Shown here one piece after another: positions 20,084 to 30,000 of a DNA stretch of 64,000 nucleotides. The stretch comes from Bradyrhizobium sp. GTDB taxonomy: Bacteria; Pseudomonadota; Alphaproteobacteria; Rhizobiales; Xanthobacteraceae. The position numbers and the translations under genes are program-made. The notes under the pieces were generated by a model. That model was not told the origin of the DNA. It saw only the letters and a program-made list of their open reading frames with translations, and ran no database searches. Location: contig JBQTHN010000005.1 in assembly GCA_052389815.1 (NCBI GenBank), forward strand, positions 112,978 to 176,977. The letters run 5' to 3'. Position 1 is the first letter of the stretch. The number at the start of each line of letters is the position of its first letter.

Positions 20084-20986
20084 TCACAGCTTATCCCCCG
20101 CGTTAGGTAGGAGGCCGCGCTTTCGTAACCGCTCGGTAAGTGGATCGATCGCAACTGGTGCAAAGTTCAGTCGCTCCGCGCCATTTGGATCCTGCGTGAT
20201 GATGAGTTCGTAGCCTGGCAGCTTCTGCAGGCGCACGATCTGACGCAGGTCGTAAGCAAAGTGCTTGACCGGCGATAAGCTGCCGGACTTGACGTGGAGG
20301 TGCGCGACATCAAAGCTCCAGCCGCCGCTTTGGCGCCCGCCGTGTTTGCGCACGAGACGATACAGCCAACGCTCGAGACCGCCCGTGAGATCGAAATATC
20401 CGCGGTCGATCGTCAGCACGAGCGCATCGTTCAGAACGCCTGTGTAGAACCAATCCGGCAGGATCAATTCCAGTCCACGGGGTTTGCCTTGCGCATCGGC
20501 AGTTTCTTTCCATTCGTTAATCCAGGAGAAGCGATGCCGCCGCCGCTCTGTCGGCTGGCGAATTGAGGTCACGACGGTCGTCGACTGGAGCCGGTCCAGT
20601 GCAGCTTTGAGGCGGTCGTAGTCGCGCACGCTGGTGCCGCGGCCGACGAAAGTCAGGATTTCATACGGGGTGGTGGCCATCAGACGCGATGTCTTCAAGC
20701 CGGCATCGCGAGCCTCTACGATCTGCGAAGCCGCCCATATCAGAACGTCTGCGTCCCAGATCGTCGCCATTCCGTGCTCTGACACGGCTTCGACACGGAT
20801 GACGACCGGTCCGGCGCGAAAATCGATCGGGATGATCCGTTTGGATTTTGCCAGCGAGAAGAAAGGATAGGCCATCAGATCTTGCGCATCGCGTGCGGCC
20901 AAATCGCCGGGCAATGCACGGAACAGCTCGAGCTGATCGCGCTCCGAACGGTGCCGCCGGCGTATTGAGAATTTGCTTTCTGACAT
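20084..20986 (-). CDS. repA: Replication initiator protein A (RPA family)
   Basis: DLMAYPFFSLAK, GMATIWDADVLIW, LTGGLERWLYRLVRKHGG. Confidence 0.92.
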   Translation of the reverse strand: MSESKFSIRRRHRSERDQLELFRALPGDLAARDAQDLMAYPFFSLAKSKRIIPIDFRAGPVVIRVEAVSEHGMATIWDADVLIWAASQIVEARDAGLKTSRLMATTPYEILTFVGRGTSVRDYDRLKAALDRLQSTTVVTSIRQPTERRRHRFSWINEWKETADAQGKPRGLELILPDWFYTGVLNDALVLTIDRGYFDLTGGLERWLYRLVRKHGGRQSGGWSFDVAHLHVKSGSLSPVKHFAYDLRQIVRLQKLPGYELIITQDPNGAERLNFAPVAIDPLTERLRKRGLLPNAGDKL

Positions 20987-20989
20987 CGC

Positions 20990-21268
20990 TCAGCGCCGCT
21001 CCTTGCCTGCATAAGGAACGGGTGCATGCCGTTTTGCAGGCAGCACGGTGCCCGCGCCGGGATCGCTGGTTGACGTCTTGGTGCCGCGGTCGGCCCAAGC
21101 CTTGAGGTCATCCAGGGCGTAGACGACCCGACCGCCGATCTTTCGGTAAGCCGGACCGGTACCGTAGGTCCGGTGCTTTTCTAGGGTACGGCCGGAAAGG
21201 CTGAGGAATCGGGCCGCCTCGGCCGTGCGCAAGTATCGTGGCGGCAAGCCGGCGTTAGGATCGGGCAT
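20990..21268 (-). CDS. rdfS: HTH excisionase/recombination directionality factor (RdfS-like)
   Basis: YLRTAEAARFLSLSGRTLEKHRTYGTGPAYRKIGGRVVY; heads the repA-traF-slt operon. Confidence 0.85.
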   Translation of the reverse strand: MPDPNAGLPPRYLRTAEAARFLSLSGRTLEKHRTYGTGPAYRKIGGRVVYALDDLKAWADRGTKTSTSDPGAGTVLPAKRHAPVPYAGKERR

Positions 21269-21364
21269 CTGAAGAGCTCCGGGATCGTCTGGAGCGCCAG
21301 CGAGGTCGGCGGCGCATCGACGGGCACAATGGCGGAGTAGAGCCTCGAAGGGGGATGCCGAAGA

Positions 21365-21392
21365 TCAGGGGTCGTGTTTTCGATACCCCTGA
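21365..21392. promoter_or_regulatory. Inverted repeat upstream of rdfS, candidate FseA box
   Basis: TCAGGGGT-N12-ACCCCTGA, i.e. TCAGGG-N16-CCCTGA, about 100 bp upstream of the rdfS start. Confidence 0.65.
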
Positions 21393-21400
21393 AAGAGCGT

Positions 21401-22169
21401 CTATTTCTTGCGAGAAGGCGGGCGCAGCAATGCGCGATAGCCGTCGCGCATCAGCGCGAGGCCGCTCTGAACCAGGCGAATGGTCCGATTGCGCAAATCA
21501 TGCGTGCGCCAGTCGCGTTCGGCGATGCGTTCAGTACCAAACAGGACTTCCGCTATTTCCCGGTAGGTGCTGCCGTCGATCCGGGCATCAAGCGCACGCA
21601 GGGCGAGCCCGAGCCGCCTGCGGCTATGTGTGGAAAGCGAATGCAGCGGCGGCCCTGGGGACCTGCCGTTCAGCGCTCGCCAGAGGCGCCTTCCGGCGTC
21701 CGCACGGAATTCAAAATCGCGGTCGAGCGGAAGTTCGACAGCGTAGGTGCCGGCAACGACCGGTGCTTCCTTGAACCAAACGCGATGCTCTACCTTGTGC
21801 AAAAGGAGCACGGCGTGCCAACCGTCAGGGCCTTGCCGCAGCTGCCCTTCGGTCAAGTCTCCGATATCTAGTGTGCCGCGCGATTGCCCGACCGCGAGCG
21901 AAACCGGCCGCACAGGAACGACCGTCGGCAGAACCTCCGGCGCCCAGAAGATGGTTTGCTCGAGGTAGGATCGGCTAGGGTCAGCGGCGAAAACACAAGC
22001 CCCAACGCTGGCGGAAGTCCGGGCTTACGTTTGGAATCGTTTTCGCGGTACTCCGATGATCAGCTTGAAAGTTGGGATTACGCCGCAGGCATTCCCAGGC
22101 TAATCCTGTGATGTCCGCCTCTTCAACTCGATCGTAGGCACTTGGTGATCTCCAATCGAACTTTGACAT
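21401..22169 (-). CDS. fseA: FseA-like activator (DUF6499 + DUF2285) encoded across a +1 programmed frameshift
   Basis: 62-aa ORF 22169-21981 ends TGG GGC TTG TGT TTT CGC CGC TGA. The +1 frame from TTTC (21992-21989) is open (FAADPSRSYLEQTIFWAPE..) into the DUF2285 ORF ending at 21401. Confidence 0.88.
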
Positions 22170-22306
22170 TCGTGTCCCCTTCGCACTGCAAGATTGAAGT
22201 GCGATAAACCGGACCAGCAATAGTTGAGGAAGTCCCTGATCCTGCATCGCGTGATGCATCAGATCGAACCCGAAATCACGAGAGCAAGTTTTTCTACAAA
22301 AGGGTT

Positions 22307-22594
22307 TCAAAGATTCGGATTTGACGCGCCGCCTCGCAGCAAATGACGATATCCATGCTCCGTCATCCATTTCGCGCGGGCCAAATGGGTATCGAACGCG
22401 CGCCTTGCGCGATCGTGCTCGAGCTCTGGATCGATCTTTAGCACCAGCTGAGCCACCTCGCGCCAGTCGGCCCCCTCCGCGTCCGCATCGAGCATTCGCA
22501 AATACGTAATGATGTGCTCCTCGTCGTACACCGTGAGAACGGTGTCCGTCGGAGCTACGTCCGCTACGAAGGGATCTGACGGTGGTTGTTTCAT
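22307..22594 (-). CDS. qseM: Stand-alone DUF2285 antiactivator (QseM-like)
   Basis: LTVYDEEHIITYLRMLDADAEGADWREVAQLVLKIDP..HLARAKWMTEHGYRHLL. Confidence 0.85.
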   Translation of the reverse strand: MKQPPSDPFVADVAPTDTVLTVYDEEHIITYLRMLDADAEGADWREVAQLVLKIDPELEHDRARRAFDTHLARAKWMTEHGYRHLLRGGASNPNL

Positions 22595-22767
22595 GCGAGC
22601 GCCACAGAGCGAATGATTCTAACTCCTTGCAGACCGTTGTTGTTCGAAGGACTTACTTTAGCCCTATTTTGATCAGCTCGGCCAGTCCGATCTGGCAATG
22701 CATCCCCATCGGGGTCGATGAAAGTCGGTCCACCTCCGCGCATTTGAATAGCACGTCTTGTGACGAA

Positions 22768-22797
22768 TAGGAACGATCGTTCCTAGAACGATCGTTC
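22768..22797. promoter_or_regulatory. Tandem palindromic operators upstream of qseC
   Basis: TAGGAACGATCGTTCCTA (22768-22785, perfect palindrome) followed directly by GAACGATCGTTC (22786-22797). Confidence 0.8.
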
Positions 22798-22819
22798 CGG
22801 CTCAGGTTCCCATATCGCT

Positions 22820-23047
22820 ATGGATCTCAAGGAGATCATGGCGGTGAACCTGCGTCGGAGACGCCACGATCTAAAAATGACGCAGGAGGAGTTGGCCGAG
22901 CGCGCGGGCCTAAGCGCTCGTTACGTCGGCGCGATCGAACGCGGCGATGTAGCGGCGAGCGTTACTGTGCTTGGACAGATTGCCGAAGCATTGGGATCGG
23001 AGCCGGGCGACTTGCTCAAACGGGTTGGACGCGGAAGCAAATCGTAG
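22820..23047 (+). CDS. qseC: XRE-family HTH controller protein (QseC-like)
   Basis: MAVNLRRRRHDLKMTQEELAERAGLSARYVGAIERG; divergent from qseM. Confidence 0.82.
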   Translation: MDLKEIMAVNLRRRRHDLKMTQEELAERAGLSARYVGAIERGDVAASVTVLGQIAEALGSEPGDLLKRVGRGSKS

Positions 23048-23179
23048 GCCGACGCCAGCCGACGGTTGGAGTGCTCCGCTGGTAACTGGGCAGTGGATGC
23101 TCGGCTTCACCGACAGAAATCGCGCTTCCCGCATTCGAGTTCTAGCATCATGCTTGGGCCAAGCGTGAACCAAACAGAA

Positions 23180-23206
23180 GCCCCGCCCGGAGAACCCGGG
23201 CGGGGC
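23180..23206. terminator. GC-rich hairpin between the convergent qseC and DUF736 genes
   Basis: GCCCCGCCCGG-AGAAC-CCGGGCGGGGC; no clear U-tract. Confidence 0.55.
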
Positions 23207-23216
23207 GGAGCGAGCT

Positions 23217-23540
23217 TTACTCGCCGTTCTTCCGCGGCCGCGACCACAGCAGTGTGTAGCCTTCACCACCCTCGTCATCGAACAGGTTCGCGTAGATCGG
23301 TGCGTTGAACGACGGGTCGTCGAGTTTGAGCGAGAGGTAGTCGCGACCTTCCTCGGAGCGTTTCGACCAAGCTGCGCCGATTTCGGCCCGGCCCACGAAG
23401 ATGCGGTGGCTGGGCGCGTTCTCGTTGGAGGAGCGGTTCTGCTCGGCGACGATGCGGACGCCCTTGGCCTGCAGGCTCAGCGTGACGATCTCGCCCTGGA
23501 AATCGTTGCCGACCTTCTTGAAAGAACCGATGGTAGCCAT
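23217..23540 (-). CDS. DUF736 family protein
   Basis: MATIGSFKKVGNDF..PSHRIFVGRAEIGAAW..YLSLKLDDPSFNAPIYANL. Confidence 0.9.
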   Translation of the reverse strand: MATIGSFKKVGNDFQGEIVTLSLQAKGVRIVAEQNRSSNENAPSHRIFVGRAEIGAAWSKRSEEGRDYLSLKLDDPSFNAPIYANLFDDEGGEGYTLLWSRPRKNGE

Positions 23541-23663
23541 GTCACTTCTCCTGTTTGTGTTTCGAGCCCGCGACCACCGCGGCCTCGATGGCGATCTACA
23601 GGCCGAGGACGATCGGCGACGCACCCGCTTGCGGGCCGGAGCGCAGCGGAGGACGCTGTCGTA

Positions 23664-23715
23664 GAGACTTTCTTGCCTCGCGAGGAATGGGCGTAGCCCA
23701 GGGGAAGAAAGTCTC
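23664..23715 (+). promoter_or_regulatory. Structured upstream element: 11-bp stem enclosing a GTA-triloop hairpin
   Basis: GAGACTTTCTT...AAGAAAGTCTC with inner TGGGC-GTA-GCCCA; same architecture at 25772-25826. Confidence 0.65.
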
Positions 23716-24095
23716 AAGCGACGGCGTTGCGGCTCAGACGATCGAGGCGGAGCCGGTCTTCGGCCAGATCGAGCCATCAAAGAGGCCACGCGCGTCTGCG
23801 TGCTGAACCACAATCTCGGGAGAAGACTTGGCTAGTCTCGGTTTCAATGCGCAAGAGGTCGGAATGTTCAGGGGTAAAGAAAGAAACAACGTGCAGGAAA
23901 CGGCGCTACTGTCAGCCGACAAATAGCTCCGTGCGAAGGACGTCACCATCGCATCTGTATTGACAGAGCCGAGATAACGCAGCCTGCTACAAGTCATGTC
24001 CGAAGGGACGCGACCACTTTTCGCTCAAGTTCGACCATCCCTCCTTCAACGCGCCGGCCTACCCGAATTTGGTCGAGGAGGCAGGTGGCGAGGGA

Positions 24096-24578
24096 CTATC
24101 CGTCGCGTGTTGCGGCCGAAAGAACTGGCTGAGGCGCACTCTGCGCGCCCCTGCCCTGCTCCAACGGGCGGGGCTCCGCGAAGACGGTCAACTTCGTCCA
24201 CGCCGTGCTGCCGATGAATGCCGCGCCGAGGCAAGCGGAGACCTCACACCAAGCGGGCGATGGCATCCCGAGTTGCGACATCGTGAAGAGCACATGATAG
24301 CCAGCAATCGCGGCTGGGATGGCAAAAGCCGCCGCTATGGCTGCACGCAGGATCGGAAACCGTGTCATTGCAAGCGCGGTTCGACCGGCCGCGAGTGCCA
24401 ACACGCCGGCGGCAATGGCAACAAGCGGCGCACCGAGGATGCCGGCGCCACTATGGAACGCGATCATGCCGGTGCTCACTGCGACAAAAAACGGCAACGC
24501 GTATACGGCTAGCGTGAAGATCAGCCAGCAGAACAAGCCAATGCCAACGGCGTTGAGGGCAAGTCCAAGCGCGAGCAT
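24096..24578 (-). CDS. Multi-pass membrane protein of unknown function
   Basis: Several hydrophobic segments; usual position between DUF2493 and DUF736. Confidence 0.7.
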   Translation of the reverse strand: MLALGLALNAVGIGLFCWLIFTLAVYALPFFVAVSTGMIAFHSGAGILGAPLVAIAAGVLALAAGRTALAMTRFPILRAAIAAAFAIPAAIAGYHVLFTMSQLGMPSPAWCEVSACLGAAFIGSTAWTKLTVFAEPRPLEQGRGAQSAPQPVLSAATRDG

Positions 24579-24716
24579 GGTGGTGGCTCCATATGCAAAG
24601 ATGTAACGGTCGCGCCTTCCACCACCACCGCGGCGCAATTTTGGACATAAAGTCGAAACGAGGCGGAGTTGCGGCGATGCAACTCCACCCGGTGGTTCAG
24701 GTAGTAAAGACGGCGC

Positions 24717-25640
24717 TTACGCGCCGTCACCGAACTTCCAGACGGGAATGCCGAGACGTCTTGCCTTGTCGGCGAGGTTGTCCTGGATTCCCGTGCCCGG
24801 GAAATGCATGACGCCAATTGGTAGGAGTTCGAGCATGGCGTCATTGCGCTTGAACGGTGCCGCGTTGGCATGCTTCGTCCAGTCCGGTTTGAAAGCGATC
24901 TGTGGCACCTTGCGGTTAGTGGCCCATTTGGAGGCGATCAGTTCGGCGCCTTTCGGCGAGCCGCCGTGGATCAGGACCATGTCGGGATGCTTGGCGTGAA
25001 CCTTGTCGAGACGATCCCAGATCAAGCGGTGGTCGTTGCAGTCGAAGCCGCCGGTCAGTGCGACCTTCGGTCCGGGAGGCAACATGACCTCGGTTTCGGC
25101 GCGGCGCTTGGCTGCGATGAAGTCGCGGGAGTCGATCATTGCCGCGGTGAGCGTGCGATGGTTGACCAGTGATCCCGATCGAGGGCGCCAGGAAGAGCCG
25201 GTGTGGACCTCAAAGAGTTCGACGGCCTGATCGCGGAAGAGCTCCAGGCAGTTGCGGCGTTCGATCAGCGTGATGCCTTCTGCCGTCAGGCGCTCGAGCT
25301 CGACCGATCGTACTTCCGAGCCGTTCTGCTCGCGCTGGCTCTTGCGTTGGGCCTGCTCGTTGTCATCGAGCTGCCGTCCGATGCGATCTGTGGCACGATG
25401 GAAGAGGTTGACCGTCGACCACAGCAGATCCGGAAGGTCGGGCTCGAGCCGCGTGTCGCCCAGGGTAGCGACCAGGGCGTCGAAAATATCGGCGACGGCA
25501 CCGGCGATCATCTTGCCCTCTGGCAGGGGTCTCGGATCGGGCTGGTCGTCGAATGGACGGTAGCCAAAGAGCTGCAATTCGTTGAGGACGAGGTCGGACG
25601 GAGATGGCGTGTGCTGTTCGGTGTCGTCATGGTCGCTCAT
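24717..25640 (-). CDS. DUF2493 (YspA/SLOG-like) domain protein
   Basis: KVALTGG, VLIHGGSPKGAE, APFKRND, FPGTGIQDNL. Confidence 0.85.
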   Translation of the reverse strand: MSDHDDTEQHTPSPSDLVLNELQLFGYRPFDDQPDPRPLPEGKMIAGAVADIFDALVATLGDTRLEPDLPDLLWSTVNLFHRATDRIGRQLDDNEQAQRKSQREQNGSEVRSVELERLTAEGITLIERRNCLELFRDQAVELFEVHTGSSWRPRSGSLVNHRTLTAAMIDSRDFIAAKRRAETEVMLPPGPKVALTGGFDCNDHRLIWDRLDKVHAKHPDMVLIHGGSPKGAELIASKWATNRKVPQIAFKPDWTKHANAAPFKRNDAMLELLPIGVMHFPGTGIQDNLADKARRLGIPVWKFGDGA

Positions 25641-25771
25641 CGGGAGAGGTCCTTTGCCGGATTGGCCGCGCCCATCGCGGCCTTCGTGGCGATCACTCAG
25701 ACGGCGAGCGGAACGGGCCAGAACCCGAAAGCGCAGCGGAGGGCCGAAGCGCCAGCGGAGGATGGCGGAGG

Positions 25772-25826
25772 CCGGCTATTTTGCTTCGCGATGCAAAGGC
25801 CCGCAGGGCCGGCGGAAAATAGCCGG
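25772..25826 (+). promoter_or_regulatory. Structured upstream element: 11-bp stem enclosing a GCA-triloop hairpin
   Basis: CCGGCTATTTT...AAAATAGCCGG with inner GGCCC-GCA-GGGCC. Confidence 0.65.
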
Positions 25827-25952
25827 TCGTAGCCATTGGCGGCCGGGGCCGCTTGCCGTCCGATCGCCCTCTAGAAGGCCGAGGTCGCGTCCTCTCCGGC
25901 ATTGGGCCGCCGCGCGACCGAGCTGTCGACGTTGATGGGACGCCAAGCGCGC

Positions 25953-27020
25953 CTATACGACGGTGGCCGACAATAGAAGAAAGCGGGAGACGTCTTCCGG
26001 TACGAGTTGCAGCCGCAATGCCGCTCGTAGGGCGTCGAGACCGAAGATGTGCAGATCCTCGTTGAAATCGCCCAGCCGAGGTGACAAGGGGATTGCTTCG
26101 ATGCCGGCCGCTTGTGCGCGGTTCAACAGAGTGGCTTGCACCATGTCTCCAGCGGCGTCAGCGTCCCGCGCGATATAGAGCCGACGCAAGCTTGACGACA
26201 GCAGCATGGCTGCGAGGTGATTGGCCGACAGCGCTGCGGCCATCGGCAATGTTGGCAGCGCACAACGCAGCGAGAGCATGGTTTCGATGCCTTCGCCGGC
26301 CACAAGCACGTCGTCGTCCGGCGCACCGAAGCAAACCGCATTGCCGAGCAGATCGCCCATGGCGCGTCGCGGCGTGTCGATCGGCGCCTTGCCGAGTCGA
26401 ATGCGATCAAAGCCGTCTGGATCGAGCCACGTGCGATGCACACCAGTGATTCTGCCATCGAGATCTGTGACGCAAGCGATCATCGCCGGCCAGGTCTCGG
26501 TGGGTACGTGCTCATCGGAGCGATAGTAGCAGCGCGGATGGAAGCGGACGCTGCCACCATGGTGCACGCGAGCTATTCCGCGGCGTCGCAGATAGGTCTC
26601 CACCATGGTGCCTTCGATCGGGCCTGAGATTGCAAAGAGCCGCCTTGCGGCCTCTCGTGATCCCGCCGGGACGGAGCGCACTGGGGGCAGTCGTGGTACG
26701 GGTTCCGATTCAGTGCGGGGCAGCTTGAGAAACCGCCTCGCCTCTTCAGCAACTTCGCGGAAGTCACGGAGCCCAAGGCTATGCCGAATGATGTCCAGGA
26801 GATCGCCATGCTCACCGGTCGCGGCGTCGGTCCACTTACCCGCGCTCCCCTTGGTGGAGTCCTGGAGCCGCACGAACATCGAGCGGCCCGGCGTATTGTA
26901 GACATCACCAACCAGCCAATACCGCCCTTCGCGCTTTCCATTGGAAAGGTAACGACGGCACACCGCCTCGGCCTCGCGCGCGAGGCGATGCGCCAGTTCG
27001 GAGGCATCGCGGCGCATCAC
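25953..27020 (-). CDS. Toprim-domain (primase-like) protein
   Basis: TGEHGDLLDII, GVHRTWL, GEGIETMLS, ARDADAAG. Confidence 0.85.
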   Translation of the reverse strand: MMRRDASELAHRLAREAEAVCRRYLSNGKREGRYWLVGDVYNTPGRSMFVRLQDSTKGSAGKWTDAATGEHGDLLDIIRHSLGLRDFREVAEEARRFLKLPRTESEPVPRLPPVRSVPAGSREAARRLFAISGPIEGTMVETYLRRRGIARVHHGGSVRFHPRCYYRSDEHVPTETWPAMIACVTDLDGRITGVHRTWLDPDGFDRIRLGKAPIDTPRRAMGDLLGNAVCFGAPDDDVLVAGEGIETMLSLRCALPTLPMAAALSANHLAAMLLSSSLRRLYIARDADAAGDMVQATLLNRAQAAGIEAIPLSPRLGDFNEDLHIFGLDALRAALRLQLVPEDVSRFLLLSATVV

Positions 27021-30000
27021 GCAGCCTCCCGTTCGACGATGCGCTCGATTGGATAGTGCTCGAGCACCTTTGCCAGGACCTCGATGCCGGCCTCATCCGT
27101 AGGCACGAACATGCGCAGCTTCCAGGAGATGATCTCGCTGAAGAGGCCATACGTCCTGAGGCGATCGCGCATCGTGTCGTTGCATCCGGACAGCTCGATC
27201 CGGTGTCTGCCCATGACGCGGACGCGGCGAAGCTGGAGGCCTTCGGCCAGGTCGAGAACAGTTCGCCCCTCCATCAGAGCGGCAAAGGCTGCGTCGGACG
27301 CCAGCTTGGGCGCGTCGGCCGCAAGGACGTTCGCCACCCAACTGGCCGAAACCTTGCGGCCGATGACTCTTTCTCCAGCATCGGTCTGAAGCCGGTAGAC
27401 CCGCGTCGACTCGTCCGGCAGCCGCTTCCAGATCGGCAGCAGCAAGCCGGCGACGACATGGATTGTGCTTTCCGAGAATTCGGGCAGGTCATGGAGCTCG
27501 GCCTGCCAGGCCGCGCCGAAGCGGCCGCGATCGGCTTCGGCCCAATGGCTTTCCGCCATTGCGCTTAGGGGAACGCTGTGCTGCTCCATCGGCCGGATCA
27601 GCCGCACGCGCCGTTCGATCTCACCGTCATCGAGCATGAAGCTCGGCGCAGGCACCTGAACGGCGGCCCGGCCCGAGCGCTCGTTGACGAGCGGCACGGC
27701 GCACGAATCCGAGAGCCGATCGAACGCCTCCCGCAGCGTTACGGGACGATTACGCTGCCGTTCGGTGATGGACAGCAGCCGTGTCTCGGTGCCAGTCCCG
27801 GGATGGGTATAGATCACGCGTCGGTCGGCGATGATGAAGCTCTCCGCGAGCAGCGTCTCCAGGCCGGCATCGTAGGCGCCGGACGCAATCGCGCCTTCGA
27901 TGCGAGCGGAGAGCAGTTGCTCGAACGTGGCGAACAACACGTTTTGCAGGTCGATGGTCAACGCCAGCAGCCTGTTCAAGAATGTCGTGACCGGCGGCAG
28001 TTCATCCTTGATGCCGTTGGCATCCATCAGCTTCAGACCGGTCGCGTCCTCGAACGCCTGGAGCGAGCAGCCTTCAACCTTGCCGCGGACGAGAAGCAGA
28101 TATAGTTGGCGCAGTGCGTCACGGCCGTAATGGCTTTCGAGGTTGTCCTCGGGGCGGAACAGGCCCTGCCCTCCGGTCTGGCGCTGACCTCGGGTGATGG
28201 CGCCCAGCGTGTCGAGCCGGCGAGCAATGGTGCTGAGAAAGCGCTTCTCCGCCTTCACATCTGTCGCAATGGGGCGAAACAGCGGCGGCTGCGCCTGGTT
28301 GGTACGATTCGTGCGACCCAAGCCCTGGATGGCGGCGTCGGCTTTCCAGCCCGGCTCGAGCAGGTAATGAACACGCAGCCTGCGATTCCGAGCCGACAGT
28401 TCGGCATGGTAGCTTCTGCCCGTGCCGCCGGCGTCGCTGAAGATGAGGATGCGCTTGGCGTCGTCCATGAAGGCCGCGGTCTCGGCGAGATTGGCTGAGG
28501 CCGCGCGGTTCTCGACGATCAGCCGATCCCGTTTACGAACGACGCGGCGAGAACGTCCCGTGACCTCAGCGACCATGTCCGTGCCGAACCGCTGGACGAT
28601 CTGGTCGAGCGCACCCGGTACGGGCGGAAGCGAGGCGAGCTTTTCGATCAGGCGGTCGCGGCGCTTGGCGGCTTCCCGGCTCTCGACCGGCTGACCGTCG
28701 CGATAGACGGGCCGGGAAGAGAGATTACCCTCTGAGTCGGTGAAGGGCTCATAGAGCTGGACCGGGAAGGAATGGGCGAGGTAATCGAGGACATACTCCC
28801 GCGGGGTGATGTCGACCTGAACGTCGCTCCACTCTTCGGTCGGAATCTCCGCCAGCCGGCGCTCCATCAGCGCTTCGCCGGTCGAGACGATCTGGATGAC
28901 GGCCGCATGGCCGGCATCAAGATCGCGCTCGATCGAGCGGATCAACGAAGGCGTCTTCATCGAGGTGAGCAGATGGCCGAAGAAGCGCTGCTTGGCGCTT
29001 TCGAAGGCAGATCGCGCCGCGGACTTAGCCTGCGCGTTCAGAGTGCCGGTCTCGCCGGTGATGTTGGCGGCGCGCATCGCCGCGTCGAGATTGTTATGGA
29101 TGATGCTGAATGCGCCGGCATAGGCATCGTAGATGCGAACCTGCTCGGGCGTAAGCTGGTGTTCGAGCAGTTCGTATTCGACACCCTCATAAGATAGCGA
29201 ACGCGCGGCATAAAGGCCGAGCGCCTTGAGGTCGCGCGCCAAAACCTCCATGGCGGCGACACCGCCCTCCTCGATCGCCTCGACAAACTCGGCCCGCGTC
29301 GCGAATGGGAAGTCGTCACCGCCCCACACTCCGAGACGCTGAGCGTAGGCGAGATTATGAACCGTAGTCGCACCGGTGGCCGAGACGTAGACGACGCGGG
29401 CATTCGGCAAAGCATGCTGCAGCCTCAGGCCCGCGCGGCCCTGCTGAGAGGCCGCCCCCGGACGATTGCAAGCAATCGCCTTGAGGTCACCCCGCTCGCC
29501 CTTGCCACCAAGCGCGTTCTGCATGGCGTGGCTCTCGTCGAAGACGATCACTCCGTCGAAGTCGGAGCCCAACCATTCAACGATCTGACGCGCGCGCGAA
29601 AGCTTTTCTCCACGCTCGTCGGTGCGCAGCGTAGCGTAGGTGGTAAATAGGACGCCTTCCGCAAGCCGGATCGGCGTGCCCTGCCGGAAGCGGGAAAGCG
29701 GCGTCACGAGCAGCCGCTCCACCCCAAGTGCCGACCAATCGCGCTGCGCATCCTCGATCAGCTTATCGGATTTGCTAATCCAGACCGCACGACGCCGGCC
29801 CTTCAGCCAGTTGTCGATCAGGATACCGGCGACCTGCCGGCCCTTGCCCGCGCCGGTGCCATCGCCCAGGAACCAACCGCGGCGAAAACGAACCGCATTC
29901 TCAGCGTCATCACGCGCGGCCGCCACGACGTCAAAGGTGGCATCGACCGTCCAGGAACCTGCGAGAAACTCCGAATGGGCTTCGCCAGCGTAGATGACGC

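Noticed and set aside
19731-20087. 118-aa ORF between repA and DUF2840 as a parA partner
   Set aside because: It runs through the iteron repeats and hairpin, is Ser/Gly-rich and has no RHH or ATPase motif.
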